This document shows positions 43,931 to 53,656 of a stretch of DNA of 64,000 bases, piece by piece. This DNA is from Gammaproteobacteria bacterium (GTDB taxonomy: Bacteria; Pseudomonadota; Gammaproteobacteria; UBA9214). The position numbers were made by a program, and so were the translations under genes. Position 1 is the first letter of the stretch. Each line of letters starts with the position of its first letter. Under the pieces are notes generated by a model, which searched no databases, was not told the DNA's origin, and worked only from the letters and a program-made list of their open reading frames with translations. The stretch lies in contig JAOUBY010000003.1 of the NCBI GenBank assembly GCA_029860045.1, positions 65 to 64,064 on the forward strand. Reading direction: 5' to 3'.

Positions 43931-45513
43931 TCAGGAATTCCGAAACAGGCTCAAACAATATCCCGGGTGCAGAAGATGTCACTGCATCCTGGCGCTTTCC
44001 GGCTGCAATTGCATTGCTGGCAGTTTCCATTTTCATCGCGATTTACCATGCAACAGCATGGTCGATGATTACTGTCTGGGCAGAGTCAGATACATTTGCC
44101 CATGGCTTTTTAATCTTTCCCATCAGTGCTTTCCTGGTATGGCGAAAAAGGCATGAGCTCACCATGGTTCAGCCTGTGCCGGTCAGGTACGGGCCTGCAG
44201 TGCTGGTAATTCCGGGCTTGTGCTGGTTGCTGGGTTATGTCAGCGATATACAAGTGATTCAGCAGTTCTGTTTTGTTGCGACTATCATACTTCTGGTCTG
44301 GATCCTGCTGGGATGGAAGGTGGTAAAGCTGCTTGCTTTTCCCCTGGCTTTTCTCCTGTTCGCCGTGCCGTTTGGCAAGTTCCTGGTGCCATCCATGATC
44401 GATTTTTCCGCCTCGTTTGCTATCGGTGCCCTGCGCTTGACAGGCGTTCCGGTTTACGCGGATGGGGCCTCGTTCAGTACCCCGGGTACTAACTGGAAGG
44501 TTGTGGAGGTATGCAGCGGGATGCGTTACCTGATTGCCGCGCTTGTTGTCGGTACTCTGTATGCCTATATGAACTATCAAAGTCTGAAAAGGCGTCTTCT
44601 TTTCGTGTTAATAACCATTGTTGTGACACTGTTCGCGAGCGGTATGCGGGTTTATATCATCGTGATGCTCGGACATTTTGTTGATATGCGCTACGCCAAA
44701 GGGTTTGATCATCTGTTTATTGGCTGGGTGTTTTTTGGTGTAGTCGTGTTACTCCTGTTCTGGATCGGTTCCTTCTGGCGTGAGGATACGGGTGAGGACC
44801 GGGCTGGATATGCTGCAGTTACTCTGGCAGGACAGGGGCAAACGGTGCGCAAGCCGGAATGGGCAATGATCGGGGCGTTCTCGCTGCTGGTTATTGCAGT
44901 ATGGCCTGTATTGGGCAGCTGGGTTCAGGCGCGGGCTGAATCGGATATGGACGTCAGCTTGCAGGTGCCTGCTGCCTCTGCCGGGTGGTCATTGTCGCCG
45001 GACCTGGTTGATGACTGGAAACCGCATTATACGGGTTATGACGTCGAGGTAAGCCAGACGTACCAGAAGGACGGTCGCAGGATAGGTGTGTATCTGCTCT
45101 ACTACAAGGCGCAGAGACAGGGCGCTGAACTGGTCAACAGCCGCAACCGGATCGTCAAGTCCGGCAAATGGCGGAAAGTTGCCGACACTGAACAAAAGCC
45201 TGTTCGTGCCCCGGGGCTTGCCATCGATGTAATGAAGACAAAACTGTATTCGGCAAAACGCGAGTTGCTTGTCTATAACTGGAACTGGTTTGATGGTCAG
45301 TATATTTTCAGCCCCTATATGGCCAAGCTTATGGAGCTGAAAAGCAAGCTGCTCGGGAGGCAGTTGCCGGGTGCAGCGATAGTCATATTCACGGACTATC
45401 GGGAGGAAGGTGAGGTGGCTGAGCAGGCATTGCAATCCTTCATTGCAGACATGCTGCCGGCAATCGAGTACGAGCTCAATGAAGCAGCCAACCAGAATGG
45501 GCAGTTAGAATGA
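43927..45513 (+). CDS. xrtA: Exosortase A (XrtA) fused to an EpsI-family C-terminal domain
   Basis: Eight predicted TM helices carrying exosortase motifs (WRKRHEL; VVEVCSGMRYL with the catalytic Cys; ASGMRVYI; LGHF). The C-terminal 200 aa (QVPAASAGWSLSPDL...YLLYYKAQRQGAELV) is EpsI-like. Confidence 0.85.
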   Translation: MIRNSETGSNNIPGAEDVTASWRFPAAIALLAVSIFIAIYHATAWSMITVWAESDTFAHGFLIFPISAFLVWRKRHELTMVQPVPVRYGPAVLVIPGLCWLLGYVSDIQVIQQFCFVATIILLVWILLGWKVVKLLAFPLAFLLFAVPFGKFLVPSMIDFSASFAIGALRLTGVPVYADGASFSTPGTNWKVVEVCSGMRYLIAALVVGTLYAYMNYQSLKRRLLFVLITIVVTLFASGMRVYIIVMLGHFVDMRYAKGFDHLFIGWVFFGVVVLLLFWIGSFWREDTGEDRAGYAAVTLAGQGQTVRKPEWAMIGAFSLLVIAVWPVLGSWVQARAESDMDVSLQVPAASAGWSLSPDLVDDWKPHYTGYDVEVSQTYQKDGRRIGVYLLYYKAQRQGAELVNSRNRIVKSGKWRKVADTEQKPVRAPGLAIDVMKTKLYSAKRELLVYNWNWFDGQYIFSPYMAKLMELKSKLLGRQLPGAAIVIFTDYREEGEVAEQALQSFIADMLPAIEYELNEAANQNGQLE

Positions 45514-46736
45514 CCCGGGTGGATAGCGATGTCGTGACACATCGCCCGCTCATTGCCCATGTCATTTACCGTCTTGATGTTGGTGGGCTGGAGAATGGTC
45601 TGGTAAATATTATCAACCGTACTCCGGCAGAACGTTATCGCCATGCCATTATAAGCCTGACAGATGTATCCGAATTCCAGCAACGCATTACCCGAGACGA
45701 CGTCCCCTGTATCGCGCTCCACAAGCGCCCGGGTAACGACCTCGGGATGTTATGGAAACTCTGGCGCATATTTCGCGAGTTGCGTCCCGCAATCGTACAC
45801 AGTCGCAACCTCGCGGCAATGGAAGCGCAACTTCCGGCCTGGCTGGCAGGTGTGCCCTGCCGTATACACGGCGAACATGGCCGTGACATTTTCGACCTGG
45901 ATGGTACCAGCAGGAAATACCGGTGGGTGAGGAGGCTATACAAGCCCCTGGTGCATCGCTATGTCGCGCTGTCGCAGGAACTGAACGATTACCTGGGTGA
46001 CCAGGTGGGCGTCGCGGAATCCAGACTGCGCCTGATCTGCAATGGCGTGGATGTCGAACGATTCAGGCCCCGGGGGGGAGAATGTCGTGAAGCGGTTCTT
46101 CCGCAAGGCTTCGCCGATCAGGACAGTCTGCTGATTGGTAGTGTGGGGCGCCTGGAGGCAGTCAAGGATCAACTGACCCTGGTGCGGGCTTTCAAAGAGC
46201 TTTGCCGGCAGCGGCCGGATGATAGCCGGTTGCGGCTGGTGTTGGTCGGGGACGGCTCCCTGCGGGGCAAGGTTGAGGAACTGGTGGCGCATGAGGGTAT
46301 GCAGGACCGTGTGTGGCTGGCTGGCAGCCGGGAGGATGTACCCCGGTTGCTGTCGGCGCTGGATGTATTTGTCCTGCCCTCACTGGCAGAAGGCATCTCC
46401 AATACCATTCTTGAGGCCATGGCGTGTGGATTGCCGGTTGTGGCAACGCGTGTGGGTGGCAACGAGGAACTGTTGTGTGAAGATGAAACCGGATTTCTGG
46501 TCCCGCGTGCAGACCCGCTGGCCATGGCGGCGGCCCTGCTCAACTATGTTGATCATACAGCCCTGCGTACTGCCCACGGGGCGGCAGCAAGAACGCGTGT
46601 CGAAGACACATTCAGCATTGCCCGCATGGTAAGCCGTTACCTGGAAGTTTATGATGAACTGTACCGGCAGCGGTGCTTGAAATCCGGGGGGCAGCGCCGC
46701 AAGGGCAGGGAAGTGCCGGGACTAAACAAGCCATGA
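45510..46736 (+). CDS. GT4 glycosyltransferase, PEP-CTERM/exosortase A system-associated (stp2-like)
   Basis: EGISNTILEAMACGLPVVATRVGGNEE, the GT4 E-x7-E region; 408 aa. Confidence 0.85.
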   Translation: MTRVDSDVVTHRPLIAHVIYRLDVGGLENGLVNIINRTPAERYRHAIISLTDVSEFQQRITRDDVPCIALHKRPGNDLGMLWKLWRIFRELRPAIVHSRNLAAMEAQLPAWLAGVPCRIHGEHGRDIFDLDGTSRKYRWVRRLYKPLVHRYVALSQELNDYLGDQVGVAESRLRLICNGVDVERFRPRGGECREAVLPQGFADQDSLLIGSVGRLEAVKDQLTLVRAFKELCRQRPDDSRLRLVLVGDGSLRGKVEELVAHEGMQDRVWLAGSREDVPRLLSALDVFVLPSLAEGISNTILEAMACGLPVVATRVGGNEELLCEDETGFLVPRADPLAMAAALLNYVDHTALRTAHGAAARTRVEDTFSIARMVSRYLEVYDELYRQRCLKSGGQRRKGREVPGLNKP

Positions 46737-46752
46737 GGCAGATGCACAAATC

Positions 46753-48675
46753 ATGTGTGGCATAGCGGGGATATTCGATACCAGGGAGCAGCGCCCCATC
46801 GATGAGGGGCTGTTGTCCCGCATGAACCAGGTCCAGTTTCATCGTGGTCCTGACGAAGGTGGCGTCCACATTGAACCCGGACTGGGGCTGGCGCACCGCC
46901 GTTTGTCCATCATTGACCTTTCCAATGGTCACCAGCCGTTGTTCAATGAGGATCACTCGGTTGTGGTGGTATTCAACGGCGAGATCTACAATTTCCCGGC
47001 GCTGACCGAGAAATTACTCGCCGCCGGCCACCAGTTCAGAACACATTGTGATACCGAGGTTATCGTTCACGCCTGGGAAGAGTGGGGAGAGGCCTGTGTG
47101 GAGCGATTTCGTGGCATGTTCGCGTTTGCCATATGGGATCGCAATCGTCGCACACTGTTTCTTGCCCGCGACCGCCTGGGAATCAAGCCACTGTATTACG
47201 CACTGCTTGCAGACGGCAGGCTTTTGTTCGGCTCGGAACTCAAGGCCCTGCTGGAGTGCGATGCCCTGCCGCGGGTGATCGATCCCCGTGCGGTGGAAGA
47301 CTATTTTTCCTACGGTTATGTGCCGGACCCGCGTAGCATATTCCGGGATGTACACAAACTCGAGCCGGGGTATACCCTGACGGTGCAAACGGGCCAGGAG
47401 GAGTTACGGCCCCGCCAGTACTGGGACGTCCCGTTTACATCCAACGGCGTACAAAATGAAGCCGACGCCCGGGAAGGCCTCATTGAACAGCTGCGCGAGG
47501 CGGTGGATATGCGTCTGATTGCCGAGGTTCCATTAGGCGCGTTTCTGTCAGGCGGGGTGGATTCCAGTGCCATTGTGGCGCTCATGGCCGGGTTGTCGGA
47601 GAAACCCGTCAGTACCTGTTCCATATCCTTCGGTGATCCTGCTTTTAATGAGGCCCACTACGCAGCGCAGGTCGCGGAACAGTTCGCGACCGATCATCAG
47701 GTGGAAGAGGTCGATCCAGACGATTATGCACTGATTGACCGGTTGGCCGGATTGTACGATGAACCCTATGCCGATAGTTCTGCCATGCCGACCTACCGGG
47801 TGTGTGAGTTGGCCCGAAAGCGCGTTACCGTGGCCCTGTCGGGGGACGGTGGCGATGAGAATTTTGCCGGGTACCGGCGCTATCGCTGGCACATGTATGA
47901 GGAGCGTCTGCGCAATCTGATGCCGCGTGGTCTGCGCAAGCCGCTGTTCGGCGCACTGGGCAGCCTGTATCCAAAGATCGATTGGGCGCCGCGTATTTTC
48001 CGTGCCAAATCAACCTTCCAGGCAGTGGCGAGGGATGCGGTAGAAGGCTATTTCCATAACTTCTCGATCCTGCCCGATATCCTGCGGCAGCAACTCTACA
48101 CGGCCGGGTTCCGGAAACAGCTTGATGGCTACCATGGTATCGAGGTGTTTAACCGGTACCTGGAACAGGCGCCGGAACATCCGCTGTCGATGGTGCAGTA
48201 CCTGGACATGAAAACCTATCTTGCGGGTGACATCCTTACCAAGGTGGACCGCGCCAGCATGGCGCATGCCCTGGAAGTGCGAGTGCCGATCCTGGACCAC
48301 AGGTTTGTGGAGTGGGTGTCAGGACTTCCACCCGCAATGAAATTGTCCGGTGGTGAGGGTAAGTACATCTTCAAACGTGCACTTGAGCCACACTTGAGCA
48401 AGGAAATTCTGTACCGTCGCAAGATGGGTTTTGCCGTTCCCCTGGCCGGCTGGTTTCGGGGGCCGTTGCGTCAGCGTATCCGTGACGCCCTGCTGGGCCC
48501 TACGTTAGCTGATATGGGGATATTTGATACAGATTTCCTGGAGGCCCTGCTGGACCAGCACCAGTCGGGACGCCGGGATCACAGTGCCGCGCTGTGGGCC
48601 CTGCTCATGTTTGAAGCCTTTGTGCGTAACAGCCTGAACCACCGGCAAGCTCCGCCTGTTGCAGTAGCAGGGTGA
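46753..48675 (+). CDS. Asparagine synthetase (glutamine-hydrolysing)-family amidotransferase, exosortase A system-associated
   Basis: N-terminal MCGIAG Cys nucleophile of class II GATase and the PP-loop SGGVDSS; 640 aa. Confidence 0.9.
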   Translation: MCGIAGIFDTREQRPIDEGLLSRMNQVQFHRGPDEGGVHIEPGLGLAHRRLSIIDLSNGHQPLFNEDHSVVVVFNGEIYNFPALTEKLLAAGHQFRTHCDTEVIVHAWEEWGEACVERFRGMFAFAIWDRNRRTLFLARDRLGIKPLYYALLADGRLLFGSELKALLECDALPRVIDPRAVEDYFSYGYVPDPRSIFRDVHKLEPGYTLTVQTGQEELRPRQYWDVPFTSNGVQNEADAREGLIEQLREAVDMRLIAEVPLGAFLSGGVDSSAIVALMAGLSEKPVSTCSISFGDPAFNEAHYAAQVAEQFATDHQVEEVDPDDYALIDRLAGLYDEPYADSSAMPTYRVCELARKRVTVALSGDGGDENFAGYRRYRWHMYEERLRNLMPRGLRKPLFGALGSLYPKIDWAPRIFRAKSTFQAVARDAVEGYFHNFSILPDILRQQLYTAGFRKQLDGYHGIEVFNRYLEQAPEHPLSMVQYLDMKTYLAGDILTKVDRASMAHALEVRVPILDHRFVEWVSGLPPAMKLSGGEGKYIFKRALEPHLSKEILYRRKMGFAVPLAGWFRGPLRQRIRDALLGPTLADMGIFDTDFLEALLDQHQSGRRDHSAALWALLMFEAFVRNSLNHRQAPPVAVAG

Positions 48676-48679
48676 CGGC

Positions 48680-49879
48680 ATGCGTATCCTGCATATCCTC
48701 GATCATTCCATTCCGCTGCATAGCGGTTATACATTCCGGACCCGCAATATATTGCAGGAACAGCGTGCATTGGGCTGGGAAACTGTGCACGTCACCGGCA
48801 GCAAACACCTGAATCCCGCGGGGCAGGAAGAAGATGTTGAAGGATTCCATTTCTACCGTACACAGGCTTCTGAAGGATTTCTTGACAGATTGCCGGTACT
48901 GAACCAGCTGGCAGTGGTCAATACGCTGTCTGCCCGGCTGGAAGAGGTTGTGGAAAAAGAAAGCCCCGATATCCTGCACGCACATTCTCCAAGCCTGAAT
49001 GGCCTGGCGGCGCTCAGGATCGGACGCAGACACAGGATTCCTGTGGTCTATGAGTGTCGTGCATTCTGGGAGGATGCAGCCGTGGATCACGGTACCAGCA
49101 GTGAGTGGGGACTGCGCTATCGATTGACGCGTGCACTGGAGACGCGGGTATTCAAGCAGGCCAATGCAGTAACCACGATTTGTGAGGGTCTGCGTCGCGA
49201 TATTCTTGCACGGGGCATCCCCCCCGAGAGGGTGACTGTCATTCCAAATGCAGTCGATATCGGGCGCTTTAATACAGATCGGCAAGTGGACCCGGAACTG
49301 GTTCTGCGGCTGGGGCTGGAAGGTACACAGGTGCTTGGGTTTATCGGTTCATTCTATGCCTACGAGGGTTTGTCACTGTTAATCGAGGCCATGCCCCGGG
49401 TTCTGGCCCAGATGCCTGATGTGCGGCTGCTGCTGGTTGGCGGCGGCCCTCAGGAAGACGCTTTACATCAACAGGCAGACGAGCTTGGAGTCGGCGACAG
49501 GATCGTGTTCACCGGCCGGGTGCCGCATGATCAGGTGCAAAAGTATTATGACCTGGTGGATATCCTTGTATACCCGCGTCTGCCCATGCGCCTCACCGAA
49601 CTGGTTACGCCTCTGAAGCCACTGGAGGCGATGGCGCAGGGTCGAATAGTCCTTGCATCGGACGTGGGTGGTCACAAGGAACTGATACGCGATGGCGAAA
49701 ACGGGACCCTGTTCTGCGCAGGAGATTCGGAATCACTGGTGGAATCCATTCTGATGATATTGCAGCATCCGGACGAATGGCCGCGCATGCAATCGTGCGG
49801 AAGAGAATTCGTGGAACGGGAGCGCAACTGGCCGGCAAGCGTGGCTGGTTACAAAACCGTTTATGAGCGCCTGGTATAG
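48680..49879 (+). CDS. GT4 glycosyltransferase (exosortase A-associated family)
   Basis: MRILHILDHSIPLHSGYTFRTRNIL N-terminus plus EAMAQGRIVLASDVGGHKE GT4 motif. Confidence 0.85.
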   Translation: MRILHILDHSIPLHSGYTFRTRNILQEQRALGWETVHVTGSKHLNPAGQEEDVEGFHFYRTQASEGFLDRLPVLNQLAVVNTLSARLEEVVEKESPDILHAHSPSLNGLAALRIGRRHRIPVVYECRAFWEDAAVDHGTSSEWGLRYRLTRALETRVFKQANAVTTICEGLRRDILARGIPPERVTVIPNAVDIGRFNTDRQVDPELVLRLGLEGTQVLGFIGSFYAYEGLSLLIEAMPRVLAQMPDVRLLLVGGGPQEDALHQQADELGVGDRIVFTGRVPHDQVQKYYDLVDILVYPRLPMRLTELVTPLKPLEAMAQGRIVLASDVGGHKELIRDGENGTLFCAGDSESLVESILMILQHPDEWPRMQSCGREFVERERNWPASVAGYKTVYERLV

Positions 49880-49935
49880 ACCCCTGTTCATCTCCAACCC
49901 AAAAAGCTGCTCTGTAGCCTGAAAGTTATAGAAAC

Positions 49936-50949
49936 ATGAACCGCGAAATACTGGATCGGATTGTGCGCGAGGGAAACCGGATTTTTCCCACTGGTGGAAA
50001 AGCCACAGTCGGGAAAATCAATGAGTTCGTCAACCCCGGATCAACAACATACCGGGTAGAACTGTTCCTCGGCGAAGAAAGGCGTTCAATCTATGTAAAA
50101 ATACTGATTCCCGGACGCGGCGAAACTGAAAAGATTAAGGAAGATGTAGTCAAGGAATACGAAACGCTCAGCCGCCTTTACGATGGTTTCTCGGGCATGT
50201 CGCATATTTCTGTGGTTCGACCAGTTGCTGTTTTTCCTGAATACAGGGCAATTGCGACTGAGGAGGCGCCCGGGCCAACGCTGCAGCATCGACTGGCCAG
50301 GGCAACAAGGCCCTGGGCATCCAGCCATGATTCAGACAAGGCCGGCAGGTGCTGCTATCTTGCGGGAAAATGGCTGAACAAATTTCAGCAATTGACATAC
50401 CGGGGGAATGGTCCCTTCTCAGCAGGGGACATGGTGGATTATTGCAATGTACGGCTGCGTGATCTTGGGTCAAGGCCTGAAAGTGGTGTCAATGACAGCT
50501 TTCGGAAAAAGATATCCGGTTATATAGAGGAGATGTCCAGACAGGCAGCTCAGCAGGAGAACACCGTTGCTGGTTGTCATAATGACTATGCGCCGCATAA
50601 TATGATTGCACAGGATAACCACCTGTGCGTGCTGGACCTGGGTTTTTTCAGTTACGACTCGACGATTTTTGATGTATGCCGTTTTTGGCATCGTCTGGAA
50701 ACATTCAAGGCAGATCCCCTGGTCTCCGACCGTCGAATAACAGATTATCAGGAGAGTTTTCTGCTGGGCTATGGACAAAGGGTAGACAGAGGTGTCAGTG
50801 CATTCAGGCTTGCCGAGTGCCGCTTTGTCCTTTCAAGTATGTGTACCCTTTTGAAGGGCAGCCCCCGGTCTTTTGTAAGAAGGCAGCTTGATTCTCACTT
50901 GTACAGAACGTATTTGAGCTGGTTGAAGAAGGAGTGTGCGAATTTTTAA
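49936..50949 (+). CDS. Protein-kinase-like fold phosphotransferase (APH/choline-kinase-like), function unknown
   Basis: CHNDYAPHNMI...VLDLGF resembles the HGDxxxxN catalytic loop and DFG-like metal-binding motif of aminoglycoside/small-molecule kinases. Confidence 0.45.
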   Translation: MNREILDRIVREGNRIFPTGGKATVGKINEFVNPGSTTYRVELFLGEERRSIYVKILIPGRGETEKIKEDVVKEYETLSRLYDGFSGMSHISVVRPVAVFPEYRAIATEEAPGPTLQHRLARATRPWASSHDSDKAGRCCYLAGKWLNKFQQLTYRGNGPFSAGDMVDYCNVRLRDLGSRPESGVNDSFRKKISGYIEEMSRQAAQQENTVAGCHNDYAPHNMIAQDNHLCVLDLGFFSYDSTIFDVCRFWHRLETFKADPLVSDRRITDYQESFLLGYGQRVDRGVSAFRLAECRFVLSSMCTLLKGSPRSFVRRQLDSHLYRTYLSWLKKECANF

Positions 50950-51010
50950 CTGCGCCCTGGAACCGACCCCTGTTCGATTCAGTAAACCGTGAGATTATTC
51001 GATCACGATC

Positions 51011-52249
51011 ATGTGTGAGCATCAAGCCAGACTAGTGGTATTTTCCAGTCTTTTCCCGCATTCAGGTGCGCCGAACACAGGTGTATTCATCCGTGAGCGA
51101 ATGTTTCGGGTCGGAGAAGTGCTGCCGATCACCGTGGTTTCTCCACAGCCCTGGTTCCCGGGGCAAGGTCTGATTCGCAAGTTCAGGCCGTATTTCAGGC
51201 TGCCAGCTCCAAAACAGGACATACAGCAAGGGATAACAATACTGTATCCGCGCTTCCTGTCTGTGCCCGGTTTTTTCAAGCAATTTGACGGTCTCTCCAT
51301 GGCGTTGAGGACCTATCCGCTATTGCGAAGGCTCCGCAAACAGACAGGCTTTAATGTCCTGGATGCACACTTTGCCTATCCTGATGGCTATGCTGCCACG
51401 TTGCTGGGTAAATGGCTCAAGGTGCCGGTGACTATCACAATGCGCGGTACAGAGATGCCGCACAGCAAGAATGCAAAACTGCGTCCTCTGCTGGTCAGTG
51501 CCCTGCTGCTTGCAACTCGCCTGTTTTCGGTTTCCGAATCCCTGCGTCAGCATGCTATTGCGCTTGGCGTTGAACCCTCCGGGATCCGCGTGGTGGGTAA
51601 TGGTGTTGATACAGATAAGTTCTGTCCTGTGGACAGGGCGGCAGCCAGAAGAAGATTTGGCATCCCGCTGCATGCAAAGGTAATGGTATCTGTTGGAGCG
51701 CTGGTAGAGCGCAAGGGATTTCACCGGGTCATAGAGATCCTGCCGGAGTTACTTAAATCCGAGCCCGGTCTGCATTATCTTGTTGTCGGTGGCGCGAGCC
51801 CGGAAGGTAACTGGCGCACAGAGCTGGAGCAGCGGGTCAGGGAACTCCATTTGGACAAGCAGGTTCACTTTCTAGGTGCCATGCCTTCAACGGAACTCAA
51901 GTGGCCGCTTTCGGCGTCTGATGTGTTCGTGCTTGCCACAAGCAATGAAGGCTGGGCCAATGTCTTCCTGGAAGCGATGGCCTGCGGTCTCCCTGTCATT
52001 ACCACGGATGTTGGTGGTAATCCGGAGGTTGTAAGTCGACCGGAACTGGGTGCTGTCGTACCGTTTGGCAATCAGGAGGCGCTTCGTGAGGCACTATGCA
52101 ACGCACTGGAACAGGCCTGGGACAGTGCGCAGATTCGCGCCTATGCCGAAGAAAATGCCTGGGATACCAGGGTGGCATGTCTGACTGAGGAATTCGATCA
52201 GATAGTGACGGCGGATCGTCAGACTGCCGGGGAGGTCAGGCGCAAATGA
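51011..52249 (+). CDS. GT4 glycosyltransferase
   Basis: EGWANVFLEAMACGLPVITTDVGGNPEVV GT4 motif; 412 aa. Confidence 0.8.
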   Translation: MCEHQARLVVFSSLFPHSGAPNTGVFIRERMFRVGEVLPITVVSPQPWFPGQGLIRKFRPYFRLPAPKQDIQQGITILYPRFLSVPGFFKQFDGLSMALRTYPLLRRLRKQTGFNVLDAHFAYPDGYAATLLGKWLKVPVTITMRGTEMPHSKNAKLRPLLVSALLLATRLFSVSESLRQHAIALGVEPSGIRVVGNGVDTDKFCPVDRAAARRRFGIPLHAKVMVSVGALVERKGFHRVIEILPELLKSEPGLHYLVVGGASPEGNWRTELEQRVRELHLDKQVHFLGAMPSTELKWPLSASDVFVLATSNEGWANVFLEAMACGLPVITTDVGGNPEVVSRPELGAVVPFGNQEALREALCNALEQAWDSAQIRAYAEENAWDTRVACLTEEFDQIVTADRQTAGEVRRK

Positions 52250-53622
52250 TCAGACCTCTGCTTGCCCGGCACCTGATCTATCCGTTCCATGAACGCCTCA
52301 TGAAACGACCTACGTTTGGCTATCTTTCGGAACTCGAGGACAGTCAATGGCTGACACGTGCAGAACTCGAGAAGCTGCAGGAAAAGAAACTGACCGACTT
52401 GCTCAAGTCGGCTTGTGCACACACACCCTGGCACCGGGAACGAATCCTGGCAGCGGGCATCGATCCCAATGGCGATGTGACGCTGGAAGACCTGCGCACG
52501 CTGCCTGTCATGGATAAACAGGATGCAGCCACACACGGTGACCAGATGGTATGGCACGCTGTGCCGGGTGGTACCTTCAAATACAATACCGGTGGATCCA
52601 GTGGCCAGCCGCTGATCTTCCATTATGGCCGCCGGCGGCAGGCCTCGGATGCAGCGGGCCGCATGCGGGCCCGGCGCTGGTGGGGTGTCGAGCCTGGCGA
52701 CCCGGAAGTCTATCTGTGGGGTGCGCCGGTAGAGCTGGACAAGATCGATCGGGTGAAGACATTGCGTGATCGCCTGTTGAATCAACTGGTACTCAATGCC
52801 TTTGAAATGTCACCTGCCAGCATGGATGCCTATGCGAAGGCAATCCAGTCCTGCCAGCCCTGCTGCATCTATGGCTATGCCAGTTCGCTGGCGCTGTTCG
52901 CCGCCCATGTGATCGAGCGGTCAATCAGGTTCAGACTGCCTCGATTGAAAGTCGTATGCACCACAGGCGAACCACTGTTCGAACATCAACGGCAGCTGAT
53001 TGGCATGGCCTTCCAGGCCCCGGTGGCGAACGAATTCGGCAGCCGTGATATCGGTTTTACTGCCCATGAGACGCCTGAAGGTCAGATGCTGCTGATGAGT
53101 GAAAGCATCATCCTGGAAGTGCTGGATGCACAGGACCGGCCCGTAGCGCCAGGTGAAACGGGAGAAGCCGTAATGACGGCGCTCGAATCCCATGCGCAGC
53201 CCTTTATCCGCTACCGGACGGGTGACATGGTACGGGTCTCGGGCGATACCTGCCGGGAAGGGCGAGGGCTGCATGTTATCGGGGAGGTGCATGGCCGTAT
53301 GACAGACTTTATCGTGCGCTCAGACGGTACGATCATGCATGCCCTCGCCGTCATATACGTGCTGCGCGAGGTGGCAGGTGTCGCAGAATTCAAGATCGTG
53401 CAACACACGCTGGATGATCTTGAGGTGTTGGTCGTTCCGGATGCCGGTTGGCAGGAAACCGGGAAAGACCGGATCGTGGCCGGGTTGAAGAAACGGCTGG
53501 GCGAAGACGTCCACATCGATCTTCGGCTGGTCGAGAGTATCCCACCCGAGGCCTCCGGCAAGCATCGCTATGTGGTCAGCCATGTGGCACTCCCGGCGGC
53601 TCTTAAGATGGCTATCAAGTAG
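52246..53622 (+). CDS. Phenylacetate-CoA ligase/CapK-like adenylate-forming enzyme
   Basis: FKYNTGGSSGQPLIF AMP-binding P-loop equivalent and overall PaaK/CapK/F390-synthetase-like organisation; 458 aa. Confidence 0.7.
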   Translation: MIRPLLARHLIYPFHERLMKRPTFGYLSELEDSQWLTRAELEKLQEKKLTDLLKSACAHTPWHRERILAAGIDPNGDVTLEDLRTLPVMDKQDAATHGDQMVWHAVPGGTFKYNTGGSSGQPLIFHYGRRRQASDAAGRMRARRWWGVEPGDPEVYLWGAPVELDKIDRVKTLRDRLLNQLVLNAFEMSPASMDAYAKAIQSCQPCCIYGYASSLALFAAHVIERSIRFRLPRLKVVCTTGEPLFEHQRQLIGMAFQAPVANEFGSRDIGFTAHETPEGQMLLMSESIILEVLDAQDRPVAPGETGEAVMTALESHAQPFIRYRTGDMVRVSGDTCREGRGLHVIGEVHGRMTDFIVRSDGTIMHALAVIYVLREVAGVAEFKIVQHTLDDLEVLVVPDAGWQETGKDRIVAGLKKRLGEDVHIDLRLVESIPPEASGKHRYVVSHVALPAALKMAIK

Positions 53623-53656
53623 CCGATAATCTGACAATAAACTGAAATCCGCAGAT

